A stretch of DNA of 64,000 nt from Azolla caroliniana (lineage: Eukaryota > Plantae > Polypodiophyta), in contig JBHGNT010000011.1 of NCBI GenBank assembly GCA_043228905.1, positions 19,592,001 through 19,656,000 on the forward strand, given 5' to 3'. A program made the position numbers and the translations under genes. Shown here one piece after another: positions 24,886 through 37,500 of this stretch. Below the pieces are notes generated by a model, which saw only the letters and a list, made by a program, of their open reading frames with translations, had not been told where the DNA came from and searched no databases. Position 1 is the first letter of the stretch, and each line of letters opens with the position of its first letter.

Positions 24886-27493
24886 TTAGGGTGACAACTG
24901 CGCTGAGTGCCTTCTCTCCCATGTGGCAGTATCTCCATACATTCTCTTGATACGATTTCTATATTCCAGTAAGGGATCATCTGAAATCAAAGGCTTCATT
25001 TCTACTAAATCACCCATCTCTAATCTTTGTCCAATATCAACCACTTCATGGTTGACTCTTGGGAGAAACTCTTCACAAAATGCTGGAACTCCACCAGTTG
25101 CTGCAAACAAATCCTCCACATTCTTGTCAAGTAGGTCACCAACAGTTGCGCCTCGGGGCAACTCTTGTACGCTCATCTAGACACAACAGATATATCTCAA
25201 ACATAACACTTAAGAGGAAAACCTTTAACTTCAATTCACATGTTTCACACTACCTTATCATCTTCAAGGATGATGACAAACAATGGGCCTTCTCCCTTTT
25301 CAGATGGCTCATCAACATGAGGACAACCTTCTTGGTGATGTGGAAAAGAGCAAGGTTGTTTCGAATTTACACTACCAAAGGGCAATCTTGACTTTGTCTC
25401 TAAAATCTCGCTGTGCCAAGTAAGCATCCACCTTGCCCACCCTACTCTCTGCAAGATGTGAGATGACAGCTCCACATTGTTTTCTTTATATCTCCAGTGG
25501 GCAGCAACTCCAAACTCAGCTTGATGATGCATCTCTTTTGTCCGAATTTGAACTTCTAAAGGGAAACCATCATCACCCTGCACTACGGTATGCAAAGACT
25601 GATACCTGAATTTCGGCATAAACTGGTGGTGTTAACCATGAGCGAATAACTACTTCCCATATTGTTTGTGAAAGCATACTTCTATTTATAAGGAATCCAG
25701 AAACAGTTATACAATCATTACCCATTTGCCTTTGGATGGATAATGTAATCCTTTGTGCTTGCAGACATTTGAGGCCACATCCTGTGAACAGTCTTTAGAG
25801 CCCGGTAGCAGTCCTCCTGGGTATTCATAATCAATCGGAGTCCTTGAACATCATAAATTTCTTCCAAACTCATCCCCTTCCTGCAAAGGTACAGCAGAGA
25901 TGGTCATTTATTTCCCCTTCACCTATATGCAAATACCAACAGTAGCTAACATACAAACTAACCTCATCATCTTTGTGTAGATACCATAAAGACTTTTACT
26001 CCGTCCATTTAATTCATGGTAGAGGACTCCTTCCTCATGGAGTACTTTTTCCAGCTTCTCAATAGATTCTGAAATTGTTGTTTCTCTTAGGCCCCCTGCT
26101 AACTTTGTCGCTAGTCTTTCATGCTCAAGAGGTTTAAGATGCTTAAAGCACAAATCTTCCAATTCTGCTTTCCAACTCCATATACCTAGCCTGTTGGCCA
26201 GGGCAGCAAAGATTTCAAGCGTCTCCTTTGCCATTCTCAACTGTTTCTCTTCAGATAGTGCAGATAAAGTTCTCATGTTATGAAGTCTATCTGCAAGCTT
26301 GATAAGAACCACCTGAACATCAGCCATAGCAAGAAACATGGTATGCAATCGATCTGCCTCCAGTTTCTTGCTTGCAATGTCATTATCACGTGCCAACTTG
26401 CTAAGTTCACTCAGTTTCGATACCTGCCAATGTGGAAAAAAGCAAGAAGAATAAAGATCACATGTCAATACAAGTATATATTCATATAAATACATACCCC
26501 TTCCACCAGGTCCGCAACCTCCTTGCCAAATATCTTGACAAGCTGATTTTCATTATAGTCATCACATGAGTCATCCATCACATCATGCAGCAATCCTGCT
26601 GCAACCACCACTTTGCTTGCACCTATCTCTGCTAGAATGGTTGCTGTCTCAACGCAATGAACAAGATAAATATCACCAGAGGTTCGAAACTATAAAAACA
26701 GAACACATAGTAAGCAAAAGAAACAACCCTCTAGTTCAGAAACAGGAGAACAGATGCGACAAGGTTATACACTCACTTGACCACGGTGGGCTTTTTCTGC
26801 TTCCTTAAAAGCTTTGATGACAAAGGGATCTTTAAAAATTTCTTGACGGCATTGAGCATCAAGTAAAATATTCTCAGCAATTTGTTGCCAGTGCATTGTT
26901 ACAGATTCTGGAAGTTCTTCAAATAGGTGTTGTGGTTCTGCAAGTGAACCTAGATTATGCTCTCCAGGAGCAGTGCTGCTTCGATTCATATATTCATCTC
27001 TCAACAACAATATTTGCTTCTGATCTGCAGACAAAGAACAAACTCGGATACTGCTCCCAACATGTTGCTCTAGCAATGAAAGATGAGTGCACCGCCTGCT
27101 AGAATTTTGTCCATTACCGTAATAAGCAAGAGGCCCTTGAAGGACAGAAACTGGACTCAATTCTCTGGCTTTCATAGAGTTCGGAGAAGAACTGATCAGA
27201 TCTGCATAGTTCTCAACCCCATCTGTGTAAGAGCCTCTGACAAAAGTGGTCAAGCCTGACGCCAATTCGAAGGAATCTCCTGTAGAGGAGCTACAATGCT
27301 TAGAATTTGCTAACAAGACTGAAAGTCCTGAAATCACAGGTTTGGAAACTGTTGTATGGTGACTGGTCGACACGGGCCTTGAATTCAAATCCAAGTCATA
27401 AATAGGGCAGCTAGTGGTGGTACGGGGTGCAGGGCTGAACGTACTTGTGGAGGAAGAACAAAGTGACATTGACGTTGTGATCTCCATCAACAT
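24886..27493 (-). CDS. RSH3: RelA/SpoT homologue of the plant RSH2/RSH3 clade (plastid ppGpp synthase/hydrolase), ~723 aa
   Basis: 6 exons: 27493-26777, 26689-26498, 26423-25963, 25880-25722, 25605-25254, 25176-24886 (2172 nt, phases consistent). Ser/Thr-rich transit-like N-terminus. HD domain: [40 protein letters not shown]. Synthetase: [57 protein letters not shown]2 versus RSH3 cannot be distinguished here. Confidence 0.93.
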
Positions 27494-28449
27494 GGTCGGT
27501 TGCAAGAAATATCAAAACACTTCAATCCTAATGTGTTATGCCAATGAAATCCTGACCAACAACACAAGACACGGAAATATTTTACAGACTTAAAAAAGGA
27601 AACACAACAGACGGATTTACTGTGTGGAAGGAAATAATGAATTTTCCATGAAAAATATTTAGGTGCTCAGAAAGTAGATAAATGGTTGCGTATGACAAAG
27701 ATTTCAGTGCTTCGTGGCAGAGAAGAAGAGAAGCACAATCAGATAAGTTACAATGCAGAAACGTTATTAGGAGAGGGCAACAAGATCCAGCAAAGAGAAA
27801 AAAAAAAATTAATGAATGGAAAGTCAAAAGAACAGGAACCTGTCTTCGGTGAAATTGCATACACCACAGCCTGGATAAGAAGAAAAGTTAATCTCTGCAG
27901 GTGGAGAGCAGGAAAGCAGAAAGATCGATCTGGTTTGAGATGGCCTCTTGAGGCAATGAAAGGAACCGACAGAACCTTGAGTAAGAAAGAGCCAAAAGAA
28001 GAAGTTGTGACGAAAGCTTGTTGTCTCAGTTCAATGATCGAAAGGAAGAGTAGATGTAGGGAGGTTTTGGAGCAGCCCTTTGGAAAATGGAGACTTTGTA
28101 AGCAAAGAAAGAAAGAAAGACTTCCGTTCTAAGATGCGTGTATCGGAAGGCGAAGCAGGGGGGGAGCAGTTCACTTCTCTTTCTCCTCTTTTTTGCCTTC
28201 CTGTCTGATGCCACACGAAACCCTAGATCTTTGCAGAGATGGCGGGGATCTTTATCTTTTGGTGTGGAGCCGTGAGAGAGAGAGGTCTCTATGGCCGCAG
28301 AATCAGAGGAAGGACGAAGACGCCATAGCCTGTTTTGCTTTTTGTGGTGCTTTTCTTCGTGTTTTTATTTCTGTAATAGGCCAGGCCAGCCAGCGAGTCC
28401 CTCCCCTGTTTCCCCTCTGTTCCTAAGGCCCCCGACTTCCCGCGACTCT

Positions 28450-28525
28450 TGGGGCCACGTCAGCGGCCCAACCGAATCCACGTGGCCGCCACGTCACTAA
28501 CGGATAAAAATCGGATAAAATAAAA
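28450..28525 (-). promoter_or_regulatory. G-box/ABRE cluster and GATA motifs in the RSH promoter
   Basis: GCCACGTCA, CCACGTGG and GCCACGTCA lie within 45 bp, with a GGCCCA site and CGGATAAAA twice, just upstream of the CT-rich leader. Confidence 0.6.
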
Positions 28526-28582
28526 ACTTCCCGGGTTTATCCATCCACACAACACACGCAACAAAAAGAAAATACTCTTTAC

Positions 28583-28584
<2 letters not shown>

Positions 28585-28628
<44 letters not shown>
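28585..28628. repeat. (CT)n microsatellite
   Basis: About 22 CT units. Confidence 0.95.
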
Positions 28629-28633
<5 letters not shown>

Positions 28634-29049
28634 AACTATGTTAGAAACAAGATGGCCGGTCACACGATTGAAAAGCTTCTCGTTGTTGGACACGAAGAAC
28701 CGGGCATGACCATAGTGAGGACCTTCTCTGTGTTTGTCGCCGCCGTTAAACCCTCCCTCCTACGTCTTCATCATAACGCTAAGTCGGGGTTGTTAGGGAC
28801 ACCCTCCTTGTTTGCGGGCTTCTTTTGAGAAAAACCATCGAATCAGAATTCTCTCTTTCAGACCTGGGTACGCGTTGTAGCACTACTCCGTGTAGACCAT
28901 CATGTGTAAGAACATGTTTTCCTCGTGTTCTTAGATTTTGATCGTGACCCCTATCGTTAAAGGTTTGCCGAACACAACCTTATACAATAGGGAGGGTAAA
29001 TTGAAAGAACCTGAAAAGAGGGGAAACACCTCCCTAGTTAACAACATCT

Positions 29050-30545
29050 AAAGGTGTGAGATAACAACCTAAAGGATATAGCAACTAGGCATGTAAGGAG
29101 TTTGTGTTTGGCATCCATCCTCAATTGGTGTATAGAAAAAAAAATGTCCCATCTAAAATGTGTCAACTGTTTAAAACCACTTCGAAAGGAAACCCACTCA
29201 CCATTTCTCACCAAAGAAACACTTTCTATCGGATAGAACTTGCTTGTCTATGAAGGTCAATCCACTTGGGATCCCCAATAGGTTTGTAATTGATTGGTTT
29301 TTGCCAAACCCACTTTCTCCCTTTCCTTATGGCGGGTCTTTACAAGATTCTCTATTAACTATGTTCATCTTTCTACCATTAACATCAAGAGATGTGTTAT
29401 GGGCATTGCTAGTTTGGAATTGGTTGTACCAACTAGTAACCTAGCCAATGAGTGAAAGTATGACTATTAGAGTTAGTCACTAGGACAAGTTGTTTTCCTG
29501 CTATATATGAAGAAAGGAAGTAAGACATGCCTCTGCCTTGTCACCATCCCATTAATGCAAATATGTATGGGAATGACAAAGACTAAAAGGGAATTGTCCA
29601 AAAAAGAACGAGAAGATTAGAATTGGTCTAGATTTCTATAAAGTAAATGAAGCCATCATATGTGATAATTACCAATTCCCATATATTGAACACTAGAGGA
29701 TGAACATAAATTGCATTTCCCACTGAGTTTGGCACCTACACTTTAAGGAAATGTCATTCAGGTTAACGAGCACTTTGAGCACCTAATAGAGAGAGGCCTA
29801 CCACTTATTCACTTCCAACTTAAGAAATGGGATAGAATCTCATGTGGATGAAACACATAGTACGTAAAATTCGTGTTCGTCTAGTATAACATTTGTTTTC
29901 CTACGTTGGAAAACGAATGCGAATGTTATTCAAACATTCTTGTGTTTTTTTCCCCCTTTTTTTTTGTTTTTTTCCCATTTTTAGGCTTATCTACCTCATA
30001 ATAAATAGTTAATCCAAAAGTATGGTATTTATCATTCTTTGAGGGTGTTTTTCCAAAAGTATGGTACGTATGGTTCATACTATGGATGAACATGTGTTGT
30101 AACTCCTCTTGATCGAACAATTTCGAACTCCTTCGGACAACACTTGAGAAAATAATATCAATTTTTGTCGAACCCTCTAAAATGCCAATACTGGGTAAGA
30201 CATGAGTAATATTAGACACACGATGCTAAAAGATTGTATCTCCACAGATGAAACAAAGTTAAATTTCATTTTAGATATTGTCACACCCCAAAGACAAGAA
30301 ACAACTCCAACATTTTATAGAGTATGATGCATACTACTAGTTATTTGTTATCTATTCACAGAAAATATAGGTGGTTGTGTGAAGTATTTTGGAAATTCAT
30401 AAGGGCTACTACATACATCAAAGCCTTTAGGGTACTTAAAGTTTGTTTGGTGAATGAACCCATCCTTAGGTTGACAAATTGGGAAAAAGAATTTCATGTT
30501 CACAGAGACACCTCAACTTGTGCGGTAGGAGCATCATGCAAGCAA
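29050..30545 (+). mobile_element. Degenerate Ty3/gypsy pol remnant
   Basis: ORF 30324 contains LVNEPILRLTNWEKEFHVHRDTSTCAVGA, the gypsy RT-RNaseH 'PIL..PDW.K.FHV.TDAS..A.GA' pattern. Upstream sequence is decayed and the boundary is approximate. Confidence 0.6.
29856..30084. mobile_element. hAT-type MITE (CATAG-terminal family)
   Basis: Termini CATAGTA...TACTATG, flanked by GATGAAACA and GATGAACA (8-bp TSD with a 1-nt indel). Confidence 0.8.
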
Positions 30546-30819
30546 AGACAAGAATTTGAAAGGGGACAAAGACAAAAAAGAACTACAATGTAAGGGAACT
30601 ATAAACTCCAAATCTTAGGTTCTTCTCCACTTAATTTCTTTGAATCCTTTCTGCGTAAGTGTTTTTAAATGTTCCACTTAAGTCCTTATATAGGATAAGT
30701 TGTCTCTTAGCTAATTAATCATAGTGAGAGAGGTTAATAGTGTTCGTCCTGGTGATTAACGTGATCCCTTTTAGCTTAGGAAGGATCAACAATCCTTTGG
30801 ATAAAGACAACCATTGAAG

Positions 30820-31356
30820 AGCTTATATCTTCGAACTAAAATAAATGAAGGTGTTTTGTGATAATCAATCAACCATAAAACTTGTAACAAACCCAAAGAT
30901 AATTTATCAAAACAAACATATTCGAGCACGTCATCATTTTATTAGAGAAGCAAAAGAGATGTCACTCCAATACACTTTTTTAACCACAACCATGTGGGCT
31001 GATTTCCTCACTAAACTCGTATCCCAACACAAGCGTTGCATATGTTGTTAGAAGATAGGACTCAAATTATAGAAACCAAACAAATAGGTTGCTACATTAA
31101 GGGGGGGTGTTAGAATATTAAAGATTAGACATTATTATAAATAACAAATATATCATAAATAAAGAAAACAAGAATAAATATTATGTAACCACCTATTATT
31201 GTGCCTTTTGTTTGCAATGATGGTTACAACACATTCATGTGAGATTGTTCACAACGAACGAACCTTCCCACTACAAACTTCCCTATGATCTCTTCTAAGT
31301 TCTACCTATTAAAATGTAACATATACCATGATCATAATGCCGTCTCTCTTTTATCA
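30820..31356 (+). mobile_element. Ty1/copia 3' end: RNase H, PPT and 3' LTR
   Basis: ORF 30845 reads KVFCDNQSTIKLVTNPKI...KHIRARHHFIRE...WADFLTK (copia RNase H). The polypurine tract AAGGGGGGG directly precedes TGTTAGAA at 31108, and the LTR probably ends ...TTTTATCA near 31356. Confidence 0.8.
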
Positions 31357-34300
31357 TCAAATTAAGTTACATACATCCAATTGTTATACTTTGTTAGATA
31401 GTACTTTAAATTCCTACCGTTCCTACCCGTGACATTAACAATCGGGTAGGTGAGGGTCCATGTACTCTTATTTGGGCTAATTACCTTTGCACCCTCTATC
31501 ACTCTAATTGTGCACAATCACATTGCCATTGGTTAATTAGGCTAAATTATTGACTTGTTACACCTACTGATATTCGTCACAACCCGGGATCATGACAATT
31601 TTCTCGTGACCTCGTTGTTTTCAGATGGTTGATCGTCCATCATTTCTAGGAATGTTGTTGTGGATGTATTGGTTGCCGATTGCATGTAAATATATGATCG
31701 CATCCATGAATTCTTCTTGTCTCCTACACTCTAATAATCACATCCTTGGATGAGACTTCAAAAAATATCTATCGCGCATTACGTTGCATGCAATGAATCC
31801 AACAATGCTTTCACAATAGTTATTTCCTCGTGGGGCAAGGATGATCACCTTTCATAATAGTTTATTCGATCCAACCTCACACTATGAGACTGGCTCTCAA
31901 ATTTTATATTTTCATCGATGACTCATACAAATTATGAGTTTCCTCGCTTAACCATTCCAAGAATTTGTTTTCCTACAACTGAAACGTTGCAAAGTCCTTT
32001 ACACCAAATTGGTTGTATCAACTAGCGGCTTATTCATCTAAGGATGATTGGAACCATGCCATTTTGTGAAGCTTTTGATTGGCCAGTGTTTAGTGGTGCC
32101 AACAAGTGATTTTGGCATTCCATATCCTAGGAATGGGATGAGATGCACATGTCACCGCATATGCAATCCATCCAAACTGCCCGTCAATTTCTTCATCAGA
32201 TCCGAATAGGCAATCGAAGTAATGATTTCGGATTAAGTGCTTCATTGTCCATGATCACACGGGATTGCAACATTTCTTCGGTTGCAACTTCTTCCTCTAG
32301 TAGACCCATATTCTCGTAAAGTGTCCATTGTTTGTGCTTCCACTTGAGTCTTGTGACGTAGATTGGTTATTTGTTTGCTGATGATCTGGTTCCTTGTTGT
32401 CTCAACCAACATACATCATGCTCTTCCACTTGTCATTTGGTAATTCATTCGGGTCCCCAAAAGTGTTAGCTTATCAAGTATTATCTTATCGGATTTACTT
32501 ACAAAATTACATATTAGTGTTAATCATGATGTTAATACCAATTACTCTTATACACAACTACACAAAAATGGATAATAAATCATACACACTTCCACAATTA
32601 TGAATGACAAGTATTTGTTTATAAGTAGAGTTAGCATCTTAACTCTTGTTTATGTAGAGATTACAAGAGACCCATGACCCTTCAAGTCCAAACATAAACT
32701 CCCATACATTTAGATCATATCCTATGATTGTCTTGAGTCTCTCGATATCATTTCATACTTCGGTAGTACGTACATAGCAAATTGATTCTAATGGTGGATT
32801 GTAGGAATCCTATCGGTTGTTAAGGATGGGAAGCCAAATTAAAGTTAGTCTAGAATTTTTTTAATGCAAAATTGGCAACATAAATCCTACATTTGTTTTG
32901 GATAGTTTTCTCTCCATCTGTATACCTTTATGTGGTATCGTTGATTTCGTAATGGAGGTGCTTGTGTGTGGGACTCTCTCTTATCTTTTGTTTTCTTCTT
33001 TAGGTAATATAATATCCTAAAAATCATCATAGGTGACGTTGGCATCAGTCAAGTTTGTTGTGTCAATCTATAAACCAATTCAGGCCATAGTTAAATGATA
33101 TTTACCATATGTGGACAATTGGGTAGTTCATCTAGCCAATATCCAAGTTCGTCTCACTACCAATGCTGTTAATGATAAAGATAACTTAATGAATGATGAA
33201 ATGGAGAAACTAATTATGAGCTATAGATCTAGACATATATAGATAGATTTATAGATAGAGATAGACACAAACAGATGTATAGATATAGATATGGATGAGA
33301 GAGAGAGAGAGGGAGAGAGACTACCAGTCTACCATGCAGCACCTTTCACCAGAAAAGGCAAAAAACAAAAGAGAATTTAGAATTTATTTTTAGGTCATCA
33401 AGGGCTTACGTCTTTCTATAATTTCACCCGTTGATTCATGCCTTTTGAAGGAATAGTGGCACATGTTGGACGTGTGAATAATGCCATAAAGTTAGGGTCA
33501 ACTAACTACCATGGTATTATATTTTTTAGGGAGAAATTTTGAAATATTCTCCAGCTTTTGATTATTTCCTCAAATGCAATGACTTAAGTATTTAATTGCT
33601 AGTTCGGCATCATTACTCAACGCACCAGTTTTGCTGAACAAAGATGCCAGACGTGGACCTCAAATTTCCAGATTCGGATTAACAAAACAACCTGGGTTGC
33701 TTTACCTATTTAATAAGTTTGAGAATATATCAAAATGTTTCACCTCGATGCCCTCTGATCATTATCTCTCATAATAAAGCCAAGTTTTAACTACCCCGAT
33801 GGATATTCGAAGGGACTTAACTACAAGATGGTATAATTAGTTTCTCAATCCTCTACCCAAGTCTGAAAAATGATTTGGACCAAGGGCATACATGAAGAAT
33901 AAAGAAAATGTTTCACCTCGATGCCCTCTGATCATGAGGAATAAAGAAAACTTGGGGCATTTAGGGAAATAAAGAAAATGTGATGATAATTCAGAGTTTT
34001 TGTTTTGCTTATAGTGTGAAATTTTCCATAAAAAATAAATGAGATAAAATAATACTTCCTCGGAATTTTGAGAGACATACATCTTCACCTCCCCATGCGA
34101 TCTAACTTGGAGGTATCAGAAACCTAATATGAAAAAGCTATTGCTTTAGAATGACCACTTAATTTGTATATTGCACTACAAGGCTTGAGACAAATTCACC
34201 CACTGTGTGGCACAAACAAAATGATTTGTTGGCCAGGGCCAAAAGGCAATGCACTGTGCTGTGAAACAAAATGTAAGACCTTTCTGCACAAAATGTACAT

Positions 34301-34564
34301 CTCTTTCTTTATTCAGCCCCTGACATGGGACAACCAACTTATACACCAGTAAGACCTTTTCATTTTTTTCCCTAAGTTTATGCATTCTAAATACAAGGCC
34401 TTCATTTATGGTGTACCCACTGCAAGCATAAGGCAACTGTCATATATTGCCTACTGGAATTTTACAAAGATGCAGTATGGTGTTGACTAACCATAATGCA
34501 GACCTTAGAAGCTATTAACATAGCTACACAACGAGACGAGAGTAGAGTATGTGAAGTATCAATG

Positions 34565-37500
34565 TCAATCCCCAGCCCTAACCACCTTAGCATTTTTGTA
34601 TGTGCGTTGCAAATGTCTGATTGCTTCCTCCTCAATCTGAATGTTGCGGATCGATGATGGACCACGGGTGTCAGGTTTATACCAACGGTTTGTTACCTTC
34701 TCATCCCCTCCCTTTTCAGCCAAGTTGAAGCTTGCTGCCGAACCAGGTTTTGGACTACCCTGGATGTTATGTTTCTGTGTTTTGCATTTCACCTATCAAG
34801 ATCACATTCAAGAAAAGCAATCAGAGGAAATAAAGTGTCTGACAAAAACAAAATTGCTGTTTACAGAAAAACAAGAACTTATTACTCTTTTAGTTGTCAA
34901 ACAGATGTTCACCTGCTCAACCTGAATATCTCTGAAAGAAGATGCTGATGTGAGTGGCGAAGAACTCCCTGCCCAAGGTGTAGAGCTGTTATTACTACCC
35001 ATCCAAGGTGTTGGGCTGTTACTACTACCTGCCCAAGGAGTAGGGCTATTACCGATACTTCCCGAAGCAATCACCTTGATGGCTTTGTTGGGTGTGACGG
35101 CAATAGGAGGAGATGTATGTATGAACTGCTTAAGAGAGATTCGGTTTGTACCAGCATCATTATTAGCATCAAGAACTACCTCATGAGATTCACTGTGTTT
35201 TTTGAAACCCTTAATTGATCCTCCAGCTACTTGTTTTCCCTTTATGACTTTTAAGGGCATAGGGGATTGAGGAAACTGTTCTACCAACACATTACACAGG
35301 CTAGAACTTGGCTCTTCTGTTTGCTGGCTTTGAATTTCACGAAGTGATGATAAATCCTTGCTTCTTTGGACTCCCCCCCATGCAGGGCCCTCGACTTTTG
35401 GTATTATGGGTGCGTCAACAGGCACCTTCATAGGAGGTGCCTTGTCAAGTGCTCCAGTTAGAAACATTGATAATCCTCCTTTTCTATGCTTCTTCTTGCC
35501 ACTGACATTGGTTAATGGCAAGGAATCCTGTGATACATGGTGTTGGCACTCAGTCACAAACCCATGAATCTTGAGTTGACCCTGACTGTTGACAACTGAA
35601 TGGGGCTGTTCGACCTTACGCACATCACTCTTCTCAGAAGACATCACAATATCCACCCCATTTGCATTGTTTGATGCAGAATTGACATCCTTTTAAAATT
35701 GACAGTTACAGATTAAGCATATTTCTGATAAGAATGCTTATTTCTTGTTCATCAGTTTATCAACTTTAAAAAAGATAGCAGATAGAATGCACTAAGTACT
35801 AGCTGACATGGCTGCTTATGTTAGGTAACTAAATTATCTTTTCAACGTCCATTTGCCTTTTAACAGCAGAAGACAGAAAACAGACACCTAGTACTATTTA
35901 TCGAGATACAAACTAGATAATCAGCACTTGGAAGGTGCCCTCTTTATCAAGGAGTTCAGATGTTTATTAACAAATGACCTGACTGGGCACAAGATGCTCA
36001 GTGCAATATAAAAAACATATTTTGACTAATGTTTGCATGCCCAATATTGATGGCCGGTAGATCTGGTCAACATTGACATTGAACTGGAGAAGGGTAACAT
36101 TTTGCAAAATATGTAAGAATTGTCAACTTTGTACCACACCACAATCTCCAGAATCAGGATATGGCACAAAGGATGGTCATGACTATCTTTAATAGCAAAA
36201 TTATCACAGGTGTATATGTATATTTATATTAATATAAGCACCATATGTAGGAAAAATAATCACAAAATGTCCATATCTCACCTCTCTATGATATTCAAGT
36301 TATGCAATCCAAGAAAATGTATTAAATAAAGGAAAGCTCAAAAATGGAAGAAGAAAATAAAATTATTATACATTTTGATATTGAAAAACACGCATGAACA
36401 AGATTGTGCTGCCTATAACTCAACTTTTTCTTCCCGACATTCAAATGACTAGTGATTATCTTCAATCATGACAACATCATTGGGTGTATATCTATATTTA
36501 TATAGATATAAGAGCCATGTATAGGGAAAATAAGCACCAATTCTCCCCATCTCACCTCTCTCCAGCATTCATGGTGAGAGATTCAAGAATGTTGAATTAA
36601 AAAACATAAACCCAGAAACAAGAGAAGTAAATAGGGAAAATAAAAAAGCAATGACGTAAATTCAGTAACCGAAAAATGCATATGAACAGGACTGTGTTGC
36701 ATGTAAGTTTAATTTTCCTTCATCAATTTCAAATTACAAGGTGCAGTTCACTCCCTATCTAGATTGATATGCATATCAAAACATTAATAAACATTTCTCG
36801 CACTATGTAAACCTAGTTATGTAGAATAGTAAATACGTATACTAAAACATTCGAGCCTCAAACAGCCATTGAAATGCAAATGCAGAAAAATAATAAAGCT
36901 GACGTAAAAATATGCAGTTCACTCCCTATCTAGATTGATATGCATATCAAAACATTAATAAACATTTTTGCACTATGTAAACCTAGTTATGTAGAATAGT
37001 AAATACGTATACTAAAAACATTCAAGCCTCAAACAGCCATTGAAATGCAAATGCAGAAAAATAATAAAGCTGACATAAAAATACAGCAAAAATAACCAAT
37101 AAAATGTTCCAAAAGATGTAGAAAGCTAGAAGAGGGTGCAGAATATAATTAAACCATATTCTTCTCAATGCAAAAGGAAGACTCACCTTATTGCCAAATG
37201 TTTGGAAGAATTTACCATCAGCATTCACTTTCAGATCTTCTGCAGCAGTAAAGGACTTTCCATCACTTACTTTGCTTGCTTGTGCAATCTTTTCTTTCAA
37301 ATAAGATTCAGATGCAGAATGCTCGATTGAACTCTTGTTTTTCTTTTTACGGGAACTTTGCTGTTTGCAACTCACAACCATCTTTGCATGAAAGTCTTGA
37401 ACTCCAGAACCCTCAATGTTATCATCGATAGAGGCTGTTGCATCCCCTGACTCGATCGCCAGAATAGCATCAATTAATGTTTGCTTAGTTAACAGTTTGG

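Noticed and set aside
24886-27493. Horizontal transfer or bacterial contamination (relA/spoT)
   Set aside because: It has five GT-AG introns, a transit-peptide-like N-terminus and plant RSH2/3 features, so it is a normal plant nuclear gene.
27582-28216. ORFs 27686-28132 (+) and neighbours
   Set aside because: They overlap the pyrimidine-rich RSH 5' leader and intron, their composition is low-complexity, and they show no motifs.
31560-32420. Possible decayed transposon coding region
   Set aside because: It looks like eroded coding sequence, but I could not identify a diagnostic motif, so it is not called.
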